Source: Myxococcota bacterium (lineage in GTDB: Bacteria > Myxococcota_A > Polyangia > Nannocystales > Nannocystaceae). Taken from it: a stretch of DNA of 64,000 nucleotides. Under the pieces are notes generated by a model. It saw only the letters and a list, made by a program, of their open reading frames with translations, made no database searches and had not been told where the DNA came from. Below, one piece after another: positions 20,670-30,170 of the stretch. Positions within the stretch are counted from its first letter, which is position 1. Every line of letters begins with the position of its first letter. Location: positions 191,273 to 255,272 of the forward strand of contig JBCCHT010000013.1 of the NCBI GenBank assembly GCA_039028615.1, given 5' to 3'. A program made the translations under genes and the position numbers.

Positions 20670-21410
20670 ATGAAGGCGGCGCTACTGGGGGCGACCAAGG
20701 GGATCGGGCGATCGATGGCGCGGGCCATGGTCGCGCGCGGCGATACGGTGTTCCTGCTGGGACGCAACCCCGAGGACCTGGCCCGAAGCGCAGCCGACCT
20801 CGAGGTCCGCGGCGGCAGCGGATCGACGGTGGGCTTTGCTCCCTGCGATCTCGAAGACCCGGACAGCTTCGAGCCCGCCCTCCACGCCGCCGAAGAGGCG
20901 CTGGGCGGCCTGGATGCGGTGGTCGTCACCGCGGGCATGTTTGCGCCCCAGGCCACGCTGGAGGGTGATCTCGAGCTGACCCGACGCGTCCTGACGGTGA
21001 ACTTCGCTCACACGGTGGTGTTCTGCGAGCACGCCAAAAACCGCCTCATCGCCAGCGGGGGAGGAGTGCTGTGCGTGTTTTCGTCGGTCGCGGGCGAACG
21101 CGGGCGCAAACCGGTGGTGCTGTACGGGGCGAGCAAGGCCGGGCTGTCGAGCTACCTCGAGGGCCTCGACCACCGCGAGCACAGCCGGGGGCTGCGCACC
21201 GTGTGCATCAAGCCCGGCTTCGTGCGGACCGCGATGACGGCGGGACTTCCCGAGCCCCCCTTCGCTGCCGACCCGGACCCGGTCGCCGCTCGGGCGCTCC
21301 GAGCCATCGATCGGTCGCAACCGGTGGTCTACGCCCCCGGGATCTGGGCTCTAGTGATGTTGGTGATCCGCTGGCTGCCCCGCTTCGTGATGCGTCGCGT
21401 GGGCTTCTGA
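20670..21410 (+). CDS. Short-chain dehydrogenase, DprE2-like (decaprenylphosphoryl-2-keto-pentose reductase family)
   Basis: LGATKGIG, SSVAGERGR, YGASK and KPGFVRTAMT, with C-terminus VYAPGIWALVMLVIRWLPRFV resembling the DprE2 subfamily as recalled. Confidence 0.7.
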   Translation: MKAALLGATKGIGRSMARAMVARGDTVFLLGRNPEDLARSAADLEVRGGSGSTVGFAPCDLEDPDSFEPALHAAEEALGGLDAVVVTAGMFAPQATLEGDLELTRRVLTVNFAHTVVFCEHAKNRLIASGGGVLCVFSSVAGERGRKPVVLYGASKAGLSSYLEGLDHREHSRGLRTVCIKPGFVRTAMTAGLPEPPFAADPDPVAARALRAIDRSQPVVYAPGIWALVMLVIRWLPRFVMRRVGF

Positions 21411-21450
21411 GTGGAGCGCAAAACGCGGTCGGGGAGTCCCTTGCGGTTTG

Positions 21451-24400
21451 ATGTCGACGAGGGGCCCTCCCATCCTCGATACTGATCCCCAAGTGGTGGA
21501 GCGGCGATCGAGCGGCGAGATCGTGCGTCTGGCCCAGTACCAGGTCGATCGACCGACGGTGGACTATCCCCCGGACGTCATCGAACCGGAGACCACCACG
21601 TCGCCGACGATGCCCACCAAGATCGGGCGCTACACCGTTCTCGATGTGCTCGGGGTCGGTGGGATGGGCGTGGTCTGCACGGCGTGGGATCCCAAGCTCG
21701 ATCGCAAGGTCGCGCTCAAGCTGCTGCGTCGGCGCAAGAACGACAGCGACGGGCGACTGTCCACGGGGCGAGCTCGGCTGGTGCGCGAGGCCAAGTCGCT
21801 GGCCAAGCTGTCGCATCCCAACATCATCACCGTCCTCGATGTCGACCTGTACGAAGGCCAGATCTACATGGCCATGGAGTACGTCGATGGCGCTTCGCTC
21901 GATCAGTGGGTCATCCGCGGCGAGCGGAGCTGGCGAGAGGTCATCGCGGTGTTCATCGACGCGGCGCGAGGCCTAGCCGCCGCGCATGCGGCCGGGATCA
22001 TTCACCGCGACTTCAAGCCGGCCAACGTCCTCATCGGCAAGGACGGGCGGGTGCACGTGGTCGACTTCGGTCTGGCCAAGAGCCGCGACCAAGACGACAA
22101 GTTCGACGAGGGCGACGCCGAGCCCGAGGCGACCATCGATCCCACCGAGATGCGAGAGCAGGGCGGTCTGTTCGACGTCCTGCGCTCCACCCAAGACGCC
22201 AAGCTGACGCAGGTCGGGCGTACGGTGGGCACGCCCGCGTATATGGCCCCCGAGCAGTTCCTGGGCATGCCGGTCGGGTCTCAGACCGATCAGTTCAGTT
22301 TCGGCGTCGCGCTGTTCGAGGCGCTGTATGGCTACTTGCCGTTCCCCGACGACTCGCGCGACGAGCTCATCGATCGAGTCACCGAGGGCAAGGTCAACGA
22401 CCCGCCGCGCGACACCGTCGTGCCCGGCTGGGTGCATCGCATCGTCCTGCGCACGCTCCAGCCGCGGCCCGAGCATCGCTTCGAGTCGGTCGACGACCTC
22501 ATCGAGGCGCTGCAGGCCGACCCCGCCCGACGTCGCCGCCGAATCGCGTTTGCGGCCGGCGGTGCCATGCTGCTGGGCATCGGAGCCTACGGCGTCGTGC
22601 AGGGCTTCAGCTCCGACGTCGAGCTGTGTAAGGGCGCCGACTCGCACATGGAGGCGATCTGGGGCGAGGATCGCAAGGCCGAGGTCAAGCAAGCCTTCGG
22701 CGCCATCGATCGCCCGTACGCGGCGGATGCCTGGATCCGGGTCGAAGACGAGCTCGATGCTCGAGCCAACGCCTGGGCGCAGCTGCATACCGACGTGTGT
22801 CGGGCCACCAGCGTCCACGGCGAGCAATCGGCCGAGCTCATGGACGTGCGCATGGCCTGCCTCGACCGGCGGCGCGGCGAGATGGGAGCGGTGGTGGAGG
22901 TGTTCGCCACCGCGGACGCTCGCGTGGTCGAATCGGCCGTCAACGCGGTGCAGAGCCTCGATTCGCTCGATCCCTGCCGCACGCTCACCATCGGGCAGGG
23001 CCAGGGCCTCGAGGACCCCGCCCGCCGGGAGCTCGCCGACGAGATCGAAGCGTTGCTGGCCCAGGCCAAGGCGATGGGGGCGGCGGGCAAGCCCGAGCCC
23101 GCGCTCGAGCACGCCAAGAACGCCCTGCGGATGGCCCGGGACCTCGACCATCGGCCGCTGCTCGCCCGCGCGGCGGTGGTCCATGCCCGGGCGCAGTGGG
23201 AGCAGGTCACCGACGACGTCGCGGGCGTGCGCACCTTCATGGTCGAGGCGATCGAGCTGGCCGCGGCGACCGAGCAGCCCACCCTCGAGGCCAAGGCGTG
23301 GTCGATGCTCATCATTCTCGAAGGGCAGCGCATGCGCCACTTCGACGCCGCGCTCGCCCTCGAGCTGCCGGCTCGCATCGCAGCGTCTCGCGCCGCCGAG
23401 CCTCGGGTCGAGGCTGCGCTCGACAGCGCGGTCGGTACGGTGCTGTCCAAGAGCGGTCGCCACGAAGAGGCGCTCACTGCCATGGTGCGGGCGCTCAAGG
23501 GCTACGAAGGGGCGCTGGGGCAGCACCACGCCAAGGTCGCGGCCGTCCAGAGTAACCTCGGCATCGAGTACGCCCAGCTGCGGCTGCTGCCGGACGCCCG
23601 CCACTACCTCAACGAAGCGGCCAAGACGGTCGAGCGCGTCTACGGCTCCCATCACCCGTGGCTCGGCAGCATTCGCATCAACCTCGGCGGTCTGGCCAAG
23701 ATGGACGGCGACACCGAGACGGCCAACAAGGAGTACCAGCGCGCGGTCGAGATCCTCAGCCGCTCGCTGCCCCATGGCCACCGACGCACGCTCAACGCGA
23801 TGATCGGGCTGGCGCAGACGGAGAGCAAAGAGGACCCGCAGCGCGCCGAGAAGCGCTACCGCGACGTCTTGGCGATCGTGAAGGCCCAGCGGGATCCCGA
23901 CCTGCTCACCATCGTGAACACCTACAACTCGCTCGGGTGGTTGCAGCGCAGTCGGGCCAAGACGGCCGAGAGCGAGAAGAAGCCGGAACGGGCGGCCAAG
24001 CACCAGCTGGAGGCCTACAAGAGCCTGCGCGCGGCCCTCGATGCGGCCGAAGCGGCCGGGAGCGGTGCGCTGCCCGACGAGCAGCTGGCCACGGTGCACT
24101 CGAATCTGTGTGAGCTCGAGCGAGAGCGGCGGCGGGCGCAGACCGCCATCGAGCACTGCAAGGCGACCTGGGATCTGTCGGCCAGCGACGATCAGGTCGA
24201 CAAAGAGGCGGTCGAGGCCCTGCGTGAGCTGGCGCAGCAGTACCTCGAGCTCGAGCGCCCGGACGACGCGATCCAAGCCCTGCAGGCGGCATTGAAACCG
24301 ACGCCTATGGCGTTGTCGGTGCCGCTTCGGATCACCCTGGCCGACTTGCTGTGGAACGACACCTCCACGCGAGCCGAGGCGGTCCAGATCGTTCGCGATG

Positions 24401-24474
24401 CCCGGCAAGCGCTGCTCACCGAGCCGGACTCCGACGAGCTGTCGGATCTCGAGCGCTGGCTTCGCCAGCACTAG
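21451..24474 (+). CDS. Hanks-type Ser/Thr protein kinase with transmembrane segment and C-terminal TPR repeats
   Basis: LGVGGMGVV, VALK, HRDFKPANV, DFGLA and GTPAYMAPEQ; TM after RRRRR; TPR-like helices (AVQSNLGIEY, SIRINLGGL, NTYNSLGWL). Confidence 0.92.
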   Translation: MSTRGPPILDTDPQVVERRSSGEIVRLAQYQVDRPTVDYPPDVIEPETTTSPTMPTKIGRYTVLDVLGVGGMGVVCTAWDPKLDRKVALKLLRRRKNDSDGRLSTGRARLVREAKSLAKLSHPNIITVLDVDLYEGQIYMAMEYVDGASLDQWVIRGERSWREVIAVFIDAARGLAAAHAAGIIHRDFKPANVLIGKDGRVHVVDFGLAKSRDQDDKFDEGDAEPEATIDPTEMREQGGLFDVLRSTQDAKLTQVGRTVGTPAYMAPEQFLGMPVGSQTDQFSFGVALFEALYGYLPFPDDSRDELIDRVTEGKVNDPPRDTVVPGWVHRIVLRTLQPRPEHRFESVDDLIEALQADPARRRRRIAFAAGGAMLLGIGAYGVVQGFSSDVELCKGADSHMEAIWGEDRKAEVKQAFGAIDRPYAADAWIRVEDELDARANAWAQLHTDVCRATSVHGEQSAELMDVRMACLDRRRGEMGAVVEVFATADARVVESAVNAVQSLDSLDPCRTLTIGQGQGLEDPARRELADEIEALLAQAKAMGAAGKPEPALEHAKNALRMARDLDHRPLLARAAVVHARAQWEQVTDDVAGVRTFMVEAIELAAATEQPTLEAKAWSMLIILEGQRMRHFDAALALELPARIAASRAAEPRVEAALDSAVGTVLSKSGRHEEALTAMVRALKGYEGALGQHHAKVAAVQSNLGIEYAQLRLLPDARHYLNEAAKTVERVYGSHHPWLGSIRINLGGLAKMDGDTETANKEYQRAVEILSRSLPHGHRRTLNAMIGLAQTESKEDPQRAEKRYRDVLAIVKAQRDPDLLTIVNTYNSLGWLQRSRAKTAESEKKPERAAKHQLEAYKSLRAALDAAEAAGSGALPDEQLATVHSNLCELERERRRAQTAIEHCKATWDLSASDDQVDKEAVEALRELAQQYLELERPDDAIQALQAALKPTPMALSVPLRITLADLLWNDTSTRAEAVQIVRDARQALLTEPDSDELSDLERWLRQH

Positions 24475-24564
24475 TGCTAGGCGTTAGGCGACGCTCGGTC
24501 GTGGTGAGCGGGGCCGATACCCGCCCGCCAGCGTGGAGCGTCGAAGGCCAAAGACACCGGTCCG

Positions 24565-24590
24565 GCCCGCCCACGGGGGAGTGGGCGGGC
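24565..24590. terminator. GC-rich hairpin between convergent genes (possible terminator)
   Basis: GCCCGCCCAC-GGGGGA-GTGGGCGGGC, a perfect 10-bp stem; no U-tract. Confidence 0.4.
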
Positions 24591-24610
24591 AGCGGAGCCT
24601 GGCCGGGGGA

Positions 24611-25240
24611 CTAGTTGGAGAGAGGAGCTCCGCCGCAGTTGCCCTCGAGCATGGCCGCAACCGCCAGTTTGCGCATGCCCGTGGCGAGGTCGAGTTCTTC
24701 GGTCGACTCGGCCACCAGATCCGAGTCTTCGTTGACGCCGTCGACGATGCCGTCGTCGGTGAAGGTGACCAGCAGCTGGGCGCTGAGGGTCTCGTAGACC
24801 TCGACCGGGTTCATGCCGTCGACGTCCGCGTCACCCTCGAAGACCCACGGGCCCGCCGCGGAGTACAGCACGGTACCGTTGGCATCGGAGAGCTTGTGGA
24901 AGGCGCCCTCGGTGGAGCGCGTGCACAGCACGGTGTCGCCGGTCTCGGAGTAGATGGCGTCATTGGTCAGGCCGACGACGCGACTTCCACTCTGGTCGAG
25001 CACGTTGATGTGCTCGAAGACGATGATGTCTCCACCGCCGGCTCCGGCGTTGGAGTTCCGAATGATCGTCAGGTCGCCGTCACCGGGGTAGCCGGGGATG
25101 GCAGGCGACGGAGTCGACCGGAAGTTGAAGTCGAAGAGCGACTGCTCTTCGTCGGTGGACGGGCCCACCGGTTCGGGATCACAGGCCGCGAGGCCGGTTG
25201 CGAGGGCAACGCAGAGGAACGTCGGGAGAAAACGTTGCAT
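24611..25240 (-). CDS. Hypothetical lipoprotein
   Basis: ATG 25240 with AAGGTG RBS; MQRFLPTFLCVALATGLAAC lipobox; no family recognised. Confidence 0.65.
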   Translation of the reverse strand: MQRFLPTFLCVALATGLAACDPEPVGPSTDEEQSLFDFNFRSTPSPAIPGYPGDGDLTIIRNSNAGAGGGDIIVFEHINVLDQSGSRVVGLTNDAIYSETGDTVLCTRSTEGAFHKLSDANGTVLYSAAGPWVFEGDADVDGMNPVEVYETLSAQLLVTFTDDGIVDGVNEDSDLVAESTEELDLATGMRKLAVAAMLEGNCGGAPLSN

Positions 25241-25546
25241 TGCAGGAGTCACCTTAATGGCGGGTGGGGAGATACCCGCGAGAGTTGTGAGGAGTAAGGC
25301 CGGGGGATGGCCTCAATCAATGTAATCTACATTGCACCAAATTTCAGCCTGAAAAATTGTAATGGTCTTCCTGCTTTTGGCAAAGATATATCAATATGGA
25401 CCTCGTTTTAGGCGTCAAACGTCTGTTTGGGGTGGTTGGCAGCAGAAGGAGAATCGATAGTAAAACTAAGTTTTATTAGTTTTGTTATGCGCAGAAATTG
25501 CGATTCGAAGTGATCCTTACAAAACACGAGCATCGTCTCCCGATGC

Positions 25547-26386
25547 TCAGCCCACGGCGGAATCGGTCGAACGACGCAGTCGCACCAGGCCATCGGAGGC
25601 AGTTGGATCCGATGTACGGGAGGACGACGCGTCGGCGGCCCATCGTGGGTCGAGCAGATGCTCGGGCTCGAGGTTGCCGGCGGCAGCGGCGAGATTGGCC
25701 CGAAGGTTGGGTACGGTGGTCTCGAGGGTCGAGATCCATCGTTTCACTTGTTGGCGGCGGCTGTCTGGTTGGGTGCCGCACAGGTTGCAGGGAAGGATGG
25801 GGACCTGCAGGTCGCTGGCGTACGCAGCCAGGTCGTCCTCGGCGCAGGCGAGCAGCGGGCGGATCACGGCGTGCCCGTCGGCGGGGGCGGGCAGCTTGGC
25901 GGCCATGCCTCGCAGTCGTCCCGCGAACATCTGATTGAGCAACAGGGTCTCGATCAGGTCGTCGCGGTGGTGTCCCAAGGCGATCTTGTTGGCGCCCAGC
26001 TCGTCGGCGACGCGATGCAGGATGCCGCGGCGCATGCGAGAGCACCGAGAGCAGTAGGTCTTGCCCGCCGGGGTCTTGTCGAGCACCACCGAGTAGGTGT
26101 CTTGGACTTCGAGGTGGAACTCGAAGTCGTGCGCCTTCATGTGGCGCTGCAGCGGCGTGGGGTCGTAGCCGGGTTGGCCCTGGTCGAGGGTCATGGCCAC
26201 GAGCGAGACGGAAAACGGCAGCTTGCGCTCGTAAGCCCGCAATAGATGCAGCATCGCCCACGAGTCCTTGCCCCCGGAGCAGGCGACCATGATGCGATCG
26301 CCGGGCTCGACGAGGGCGTGCTCTCGGTTGAGCCGCGAGATCTGCCGTAGCAGACGATCTTGGCGGTTGGAGGAGGGGCTGCCCAT
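25547..26386 (-). CDS. ttcA: tRNA 2-thiocytidine(32) synthetase
   Basis: PP-loop SGGKDS, CSRCSRMRRG, ALGHHRDD, IRPL and CNLC. Confidence 0.92.
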   Translation of the reverse strand: MGSPSSNRQDRLLRQISRLNREHALVEPGDRIMVACSGGKDSWAMLHLLRAYERKLPFSVSLVAMTLDQGQPGYDPTPLQRHMKAHDFEFHLEVQDTYSVVLDKTPAGKTYCSRCSRMRRGILHRVADELGANKIALGHHRDDLIETLLLNQMFAGRLRGMAAKLPAPADGHAVIRPLLACAEDDLAAYASDLQVPILPCNLCGTQPDSRRQQVKRWISTLETTVPNLRANLAAAAGNLEPEHLLDPRWAADASSSRTSDPTASDGLVRLRRSTDSAVG

Positions 26387-26399
26387 GCCGACGGGCCGC

Positions 26400-26852
26400 C
26401 TATAACACGCTCCCGTCCTGGGTGAATACCAGCAGGGTTACCGGTCCGTCGCAGGTCATTTCGATGTGCATGTGAGCGCCGAAACGACCGGTTTGTACCG
26501 GCAGGCCGAGGTCGCGGAGTTCCTGGGCCACGCGCTGGTAGAGCGCGTCGGCGGCGTCGGGCGCCATGGCGGAGTCGAAGCTCGGGCGCCGCCCCTTGCG
26601 AACGGTGCCGGCGAGCGTGAACTGGCTTACGACCAAGCAGCCGCCCTCGACCTGCGACAGATCCAAGTCCATCGGCGTGCGACCCGGAAAGATCCGCAGG
26701 CTGGCAATCTTGCGCGCGGTTGCGACCGCGTCGGCCTCGGTATCACCGCGTTGCACCCCGACCAGGAGCATCACGCCGCGGTCGATGCGACCGACAATCT
26801 CGTCGTCGACCCGCACCGCGGCCTGCGAGACCCGCTGAACGACCGTTTTCAT
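26400..26852 (-). CDS. dtd: D-aminoacyl-tRNA deacylase
   Basis: MKTVVQRV start, SQFTL, KGRRPSF, TGRFGAHM and DGPVT; 150 aa. The 1032-aa track ORF is a shadow extension. Confidence 0.92.
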   Translation of the reverse strand: MKTVVQRVSQAAVRVDDEIVGRIDRGVMLLVGVQRGDTEADAVATARKIASLRIFPGRTPMDLDLSQVEGGCLVVSQFTLAGTVRKGRRPSFDSAMAPDAADALYQRVAQELRDLGLPVQTGRFGAHMHIEMTCDGPVTLLVFTQDGSVL

Positions 26853-27029
26853 GGCGCGCAGGGTACCGCGACCGTCACTGCTGCGGCACGGACGAGAAGT
26901 TTGTTGGATGCGCTCTGAGTGCGCCTCAGGCCCCGATTCGGTCCTGGTCGGAGACCGGACGCTCGCTTGCTCACGCGCGGGGTGGCGGGCTACGGTCCCC
27001 GCGAATGCGGAACGGGGCTGTGACACGCG

Positions 27030-28949
27030 ATGGGCGAGCAAGACGTTACCGAGCAAACTGACGAGATCAGCCAGCGAGTCTTCGTCAAGGCGTTGCTGGA
27101 CGACGTCAATACGCTCGAGGAGATGCTCGAACGCGAGATGTTCGAGACCGGGATCCGCCGGATCGGCGCCGAGCAGGAGATGTTCCTGATCGACCGCACG
27201 ATGGGCCCTGCGCCCGTTGCGACCGAGGTGCTCGAGCGAGCGAACGACGACCGCCTCACGACCGAGCTGGCGCGCTACAACCTCGAGGCCAACCTCTCGC
27301 CGCAGACCTTCGGCGGCGACTGCCTCAGTCGGCTCGAGGCCGAGCTGGTCGAGATGGTCGGCAAGGCGAGGAAACTGGCCGGGGAGTGCGACGCCGACGT
27401 GGTGCTGGTGGGCATCCTGCCGACCCTGCGCAAGTCGGACCTGGGGCTCGAGAACATGACCCCGAACCCGCGCTACTTCGCCTTGAACAAGGCGATGAGC
27501 AAGCTGCGGGGCGGTGACTTCCACGTCGCGATCAAGGGCCTCGACGAGCTCGAGACGACCCACGACAACGTGATGCTGGAGTCGTGCAACACGAGCTTCC
27601 AGATCCACTTCCAGGTGGCGCCCAAGGAGTTCGCGCGGCTGTACAACGTGGCGCAGGCGATCACGGGCCCGGTGCTGGCCGCGGCGGTCAACTCCCCGGT
27701 CTTGCTCGGCCGACGGCTGTGGAACGAGACCCGCGTGGCGCTGTTCCAGCGCTCGGTCGACGCCCGCAGCAGCCACCACCAGACCCGAGGCCTGCGCCCG
27801 CGGGTGAGCTTCGGCGAGTCCTGGGTCCGCGAGTCGGTCCTCGAGATCTTCCGCGAGGACATCGCGTTGTTCCGCGTGGTGCTGGGACAGCAGGAGTACC
27901 AGAGCTCGCGCGCCGAGCTGGCGGCCGGGCGCGTGCCCACGCTGCAGGCGCTGCGGCTGCACAACGGCACCGTCTATCGCTGGAACCGGGCTTGCTACGG
28001 CTGGTCGAACGGAGTGCCGCACCTTCGCATCGAGAACCGGGTCCTGCCCGCGGGGCCCTCGATCATCGACGAGATGGGCAACGCGGCCTTCTACTTCGGG
28101 CTGATGTCCGGCATGACGGCCGAGCACCCCGACATCTCCAAGGAGATGGAATTCGACGACGCGAAGAACAACTTCTTCGCGGCCGCGCGCCACGGTTTGG
28201 GCGCCCAGTTCCGCTGGATCGGCGGCGAGACGATGACCGCGAGCGCGCTCATCCTCGACAAGCTGCTGCCCTTGGCCCGCGAGGGGCTGCGGCTGTCGCA
28301 GATCGACGAGGCGGACATCAATCGCTACCTCGACGTCGTGGAGGAGCGGGTGCGCTCGCAGAACACGGGCTCGACCTGGGCGCTGCGCTCGCTGAGCGAG
28401 ATGGCGCCCAAGACTTCTCTCGACCAGCGCCATCGTCGGATCACCAAGGCGATGCTCGAGCACCAGCGCAACGGGGGCCAGCCGGTCCATACCTGGAGCC
28501 CCTGCAGCGTCGAGAAGGACGACGACTGGCGCGAGGCCTATCGAACGGTGGGGCAGATGATGACCACCGAGCTTCTGACCGTGCGACCCGAGGACATCGT
28601 GGACCTGGCCGCCAGCATGATGGACTGGGAGCGGATCCGGCAGGTGCCGGTCGAGGACGACGAGGGCCTGCTCGTCGGCATCGTGTCTCACCGCGCCATC
28701 TTGCGGCTGGTGGCGCGTGGGCAGGGGCTCGACCGGGAGCCGGTCGCGGTCAAGGACATCATGCGGCGCGACCCGGTCACGGTGACGCCGCAGACCTCGA
28801 CGGTGGAGGCGATCAACCTCATGCGAGACCGCTCGTTCGGCTCGCTGCCCGTGGTCGAAGACGGCAAGCTGGTCGGCATCGTCACCGAGCACGACATCAT
28901 CGACGTCAGCGCCAAGCTGCTCGAGCGCTTCCTCGAAGGCGACAGTTAG
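27030..28949 (+). CDS. Glutamate-cysteine ligase family 2 (GCS2-like) protein with C-terminal CBS pair
   Basis: IGAEQEMFLID, TELARYNLEAN, SFQIHFQV, NSPVLLG, YRWNR and RIENRVLP; two CBS repeats (VGQMMTT...LVGIVSHR and VKDIMRRDPVTV...LVGIVTEHD). Confidence 0.8.
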   Translation: MGEQDVTEQTDEISQRVFVKALLDDVNTLEEMLEREMFETGIRRIGAEQEMFLIDRTMGPAPVATEVLERANDDRLTTELARYNLEANLSPQTFGGDCLSRLEAELVEMVGKARKLAGECDADVVLVGILPTLRKSDLGLENMTPNPRYFALNKAMSKLRGGDFHVAIKGLDELETTHDNVMLESCNTSFQIHFQVAPKEFARLYNVAQAITGPVLAAAVNSPVLLGRRLWNETRVALFQRSVDARSSHHQTRGLRPRVSFGESWVRESVLEIFREDIALFRVVLGQQEYQSSRAELAAGRVPTLQALRLHNGTVYRWNRACYGWSNGVPHLRIENRVLPAGPSIIDEMGNAAFYFGLMSGMTAEHPDISKEMEFDDAKNNFFAAARHGLGAQFRWIGGETMTASALILDKLLPLAREGLRLSQIDEADINRYLDVVEERVRSQNTGSTWALRSLSEMAPKTSLDQRHRRITKAMLEHQRNGGQPVHTWSPCSVEKDDDWREAYRTVGQMMTTELLTVRPEDIVDLAASMMDWERIRQVPVEDDEGLLVGIVSHRAILRLVARGQGLDREPVAVKDIMRRDPVTVTPQTSTVEAINLMRDRSFGSLPVVEDGKLVGIVTEHDIIDVSAKLLERFLEGDS

Positions 28950-28969
28950 CGGCCAGCAGCGGGCACGAA

Positions 28970-29006
28970 AAAGAGGGTCGAAGGCGACGTGCCTTCGACC
29001 CTCTTT
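28970..29006. terminator. Bidirectional intrinsic terminator
   Basis: AAAGAGGGTCGAAGGC-GACGT-GCCTTCGACCCTCTTT, a perfect 16-bp stem with A/T ends, between two convergent genes. Confidence 0.8.
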
Positions 29007-29032
29007 GCGTTTCGAATCGCTCGTGTGCCGAC

Positions 29033-29965
29033 CTAGAACGTGTAGTTCCAGTTGCAGATGCCCTCGTCGCAGATGAAGCCGTCGACGGGCGGGCAGGAGC
29101 AGGTGGTGATCGGGGCGTAGGCGCAGCCTTGCTCGTTGGCCAGGGTTTGCAGCGCGTAGAAGTCGTCCGTGTCCGCGTCGGCGCGGGCGACCCAGTTCAT
29201 GGTGCAGCCGCAGCTGGTGCCGGTCAGCGCCTGGCCGCACTCGGCGTCGGCGGTGCAGCTCGAGATGGCGGCGCGCTCGGCCAAGATGTCGGCCACGATC
29301 TCGTCGCAGGTGGGGGGCTCGGGCTCGGGAGCACAGAACTCGCCCACGTCGTCGCAGCAGTCGCCGTACTGCTCGCACTGATCGTCGCACCAACAGCCGC
29401 CGTCGGCCTGCTCGTCGCAGTGGCCTTCGCAGCTGTTGGGATCGGGCTCGGCGCACGCGGTCTCGATGTCGTCGCAGCAGTCGCCGTACTGCTCGCAAAG
29501 GTCGTCACACCAGCAGCCGCCGGCGGCCTGCTCGCCGCAGTTGTCCGCGCAGCTGTCGGCGCCCGCGTCCTCGCAGGCCCCGAAGCAGCCGAGGATGCAG
29601 GTCACCCCCGGAGGGCAGGCGGGGATGCAGACGTCGGTGTTGCAGGTCTGGCCCTCGCCGCAGGCGACGTCGCTGAGGCAGGTGACGACGCCGTCGCAGC
29701 TGGTGGGCTTGTCGAAGCAGCAGTCGCCGTATTGCTCGCACTGGTCGTCGCACCAGCAGCCATCGGCGTGATCGGACTGGCCGCCGCAGAAGTTGGCGTC
29801 CTCGGTCACGCAGGTGCCGTAGTCGAGCTCGGCGTTGCGGGCGGTGACGTCTTCGGTCTGGACGCGGGTCTCGAGGTCGGTCTGCGGCTCGACGTCGCAG
29901 GCGGTCATCGAGCTGACGAACAACGAGCCGGGGAGCAGGGCAATGAGGAGGGTCTTGCGGAACAT
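29033..29965 (-). CDS. Cys-rich lipoprotein with three somatomedin-B-like repeats
   Basis: Signal peptide ending MTAC; three copies of C-x-CDDxCEQYGDCCxD; further Cys-rich modules. Confidence 0.75.
   Translation of the reverse strand: MFRKTLLIALLPGSLFVSSMTACDVEPQTDLETRVQTEDVTARNAELDYGTCVTEDANFCGGQSDHADGCWCDDQCEQYGDCCFDKPTSCDGVVTCLSDVACGEGQTCNTDVCIPACPPGVTCILGCFGACEDAGADSCADNCGEQAAGGCWCDDLCEQYGDCCDDIETACAEPDPNSCEGHCDEQADGGCWCDDQCEQYGDCCDDVGEFCAPEPEPPTCDEIVADILAERAAISSCTADAECGQALTGTSCGCTMNWVARADADTDDFYALQTLANEQGCAYAPITTCSCPPVDGFICDEGICNWNYTF
29331..29790 (-). repeat. Three intragenic ~100-bp repeats encoding the somatomedin-B-like units
   Basis: Shared core gcagcagtcgccgtaytgctcgca...gtcgcaccarcagcc in units at ~29331-29436, ~29452-29555 and ~29696-29790. 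Confidence 0.75.
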
Positions 29966-30170
29966 TGGGGGGTCTCCGAGCGCGGGAAGGGGGGAGCGCT
30001 CGGGGGCGTGTATTCCTTGCATTGCTGGCGCGGTCAATGATCTGAAAACGCCATTGCTCACTGTCAACCAGCGAAACCGACGGACGTAGAGCACACCGAT
30101 CGTGCCAGTGCGATGCCGCCCTCGATCGTGAGGCTCGACGGGCAGGACAGGGGCCAGCGGCCGCTTCGAA

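Noticed and set aside
21973..24471. Long antisense ORFs here and elsewhere (12807-15227, 45126-47309, 50474-52789)
   Set aside because: Expected stop-poor shadows of high-GC3 genes, with no recognisable motifs.
26400..29498. 1032-aa minus-strand ORF ending in a Dtd domain, a possible giant fusion
   Set aside because: The first ~880 aa are antisense to the GCS2-CBS gene and cross a terminator. Dtd has its own canonical start (MKTVVQRV) at 26852.
29331..29790. Spaced direct repeats as a CRISPR-like array
   Set aside because: In-frame coding repeats with synonymous variation, irregular spacing and no cas genes.
30090..30107. TGGCACGATCGGTGTGCT on the minus strand upstream of the SMB lipoprotein as a sigma54 promoter
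   Set aside because: GG-to-GC spacing is 12 nt rather than the required 10.
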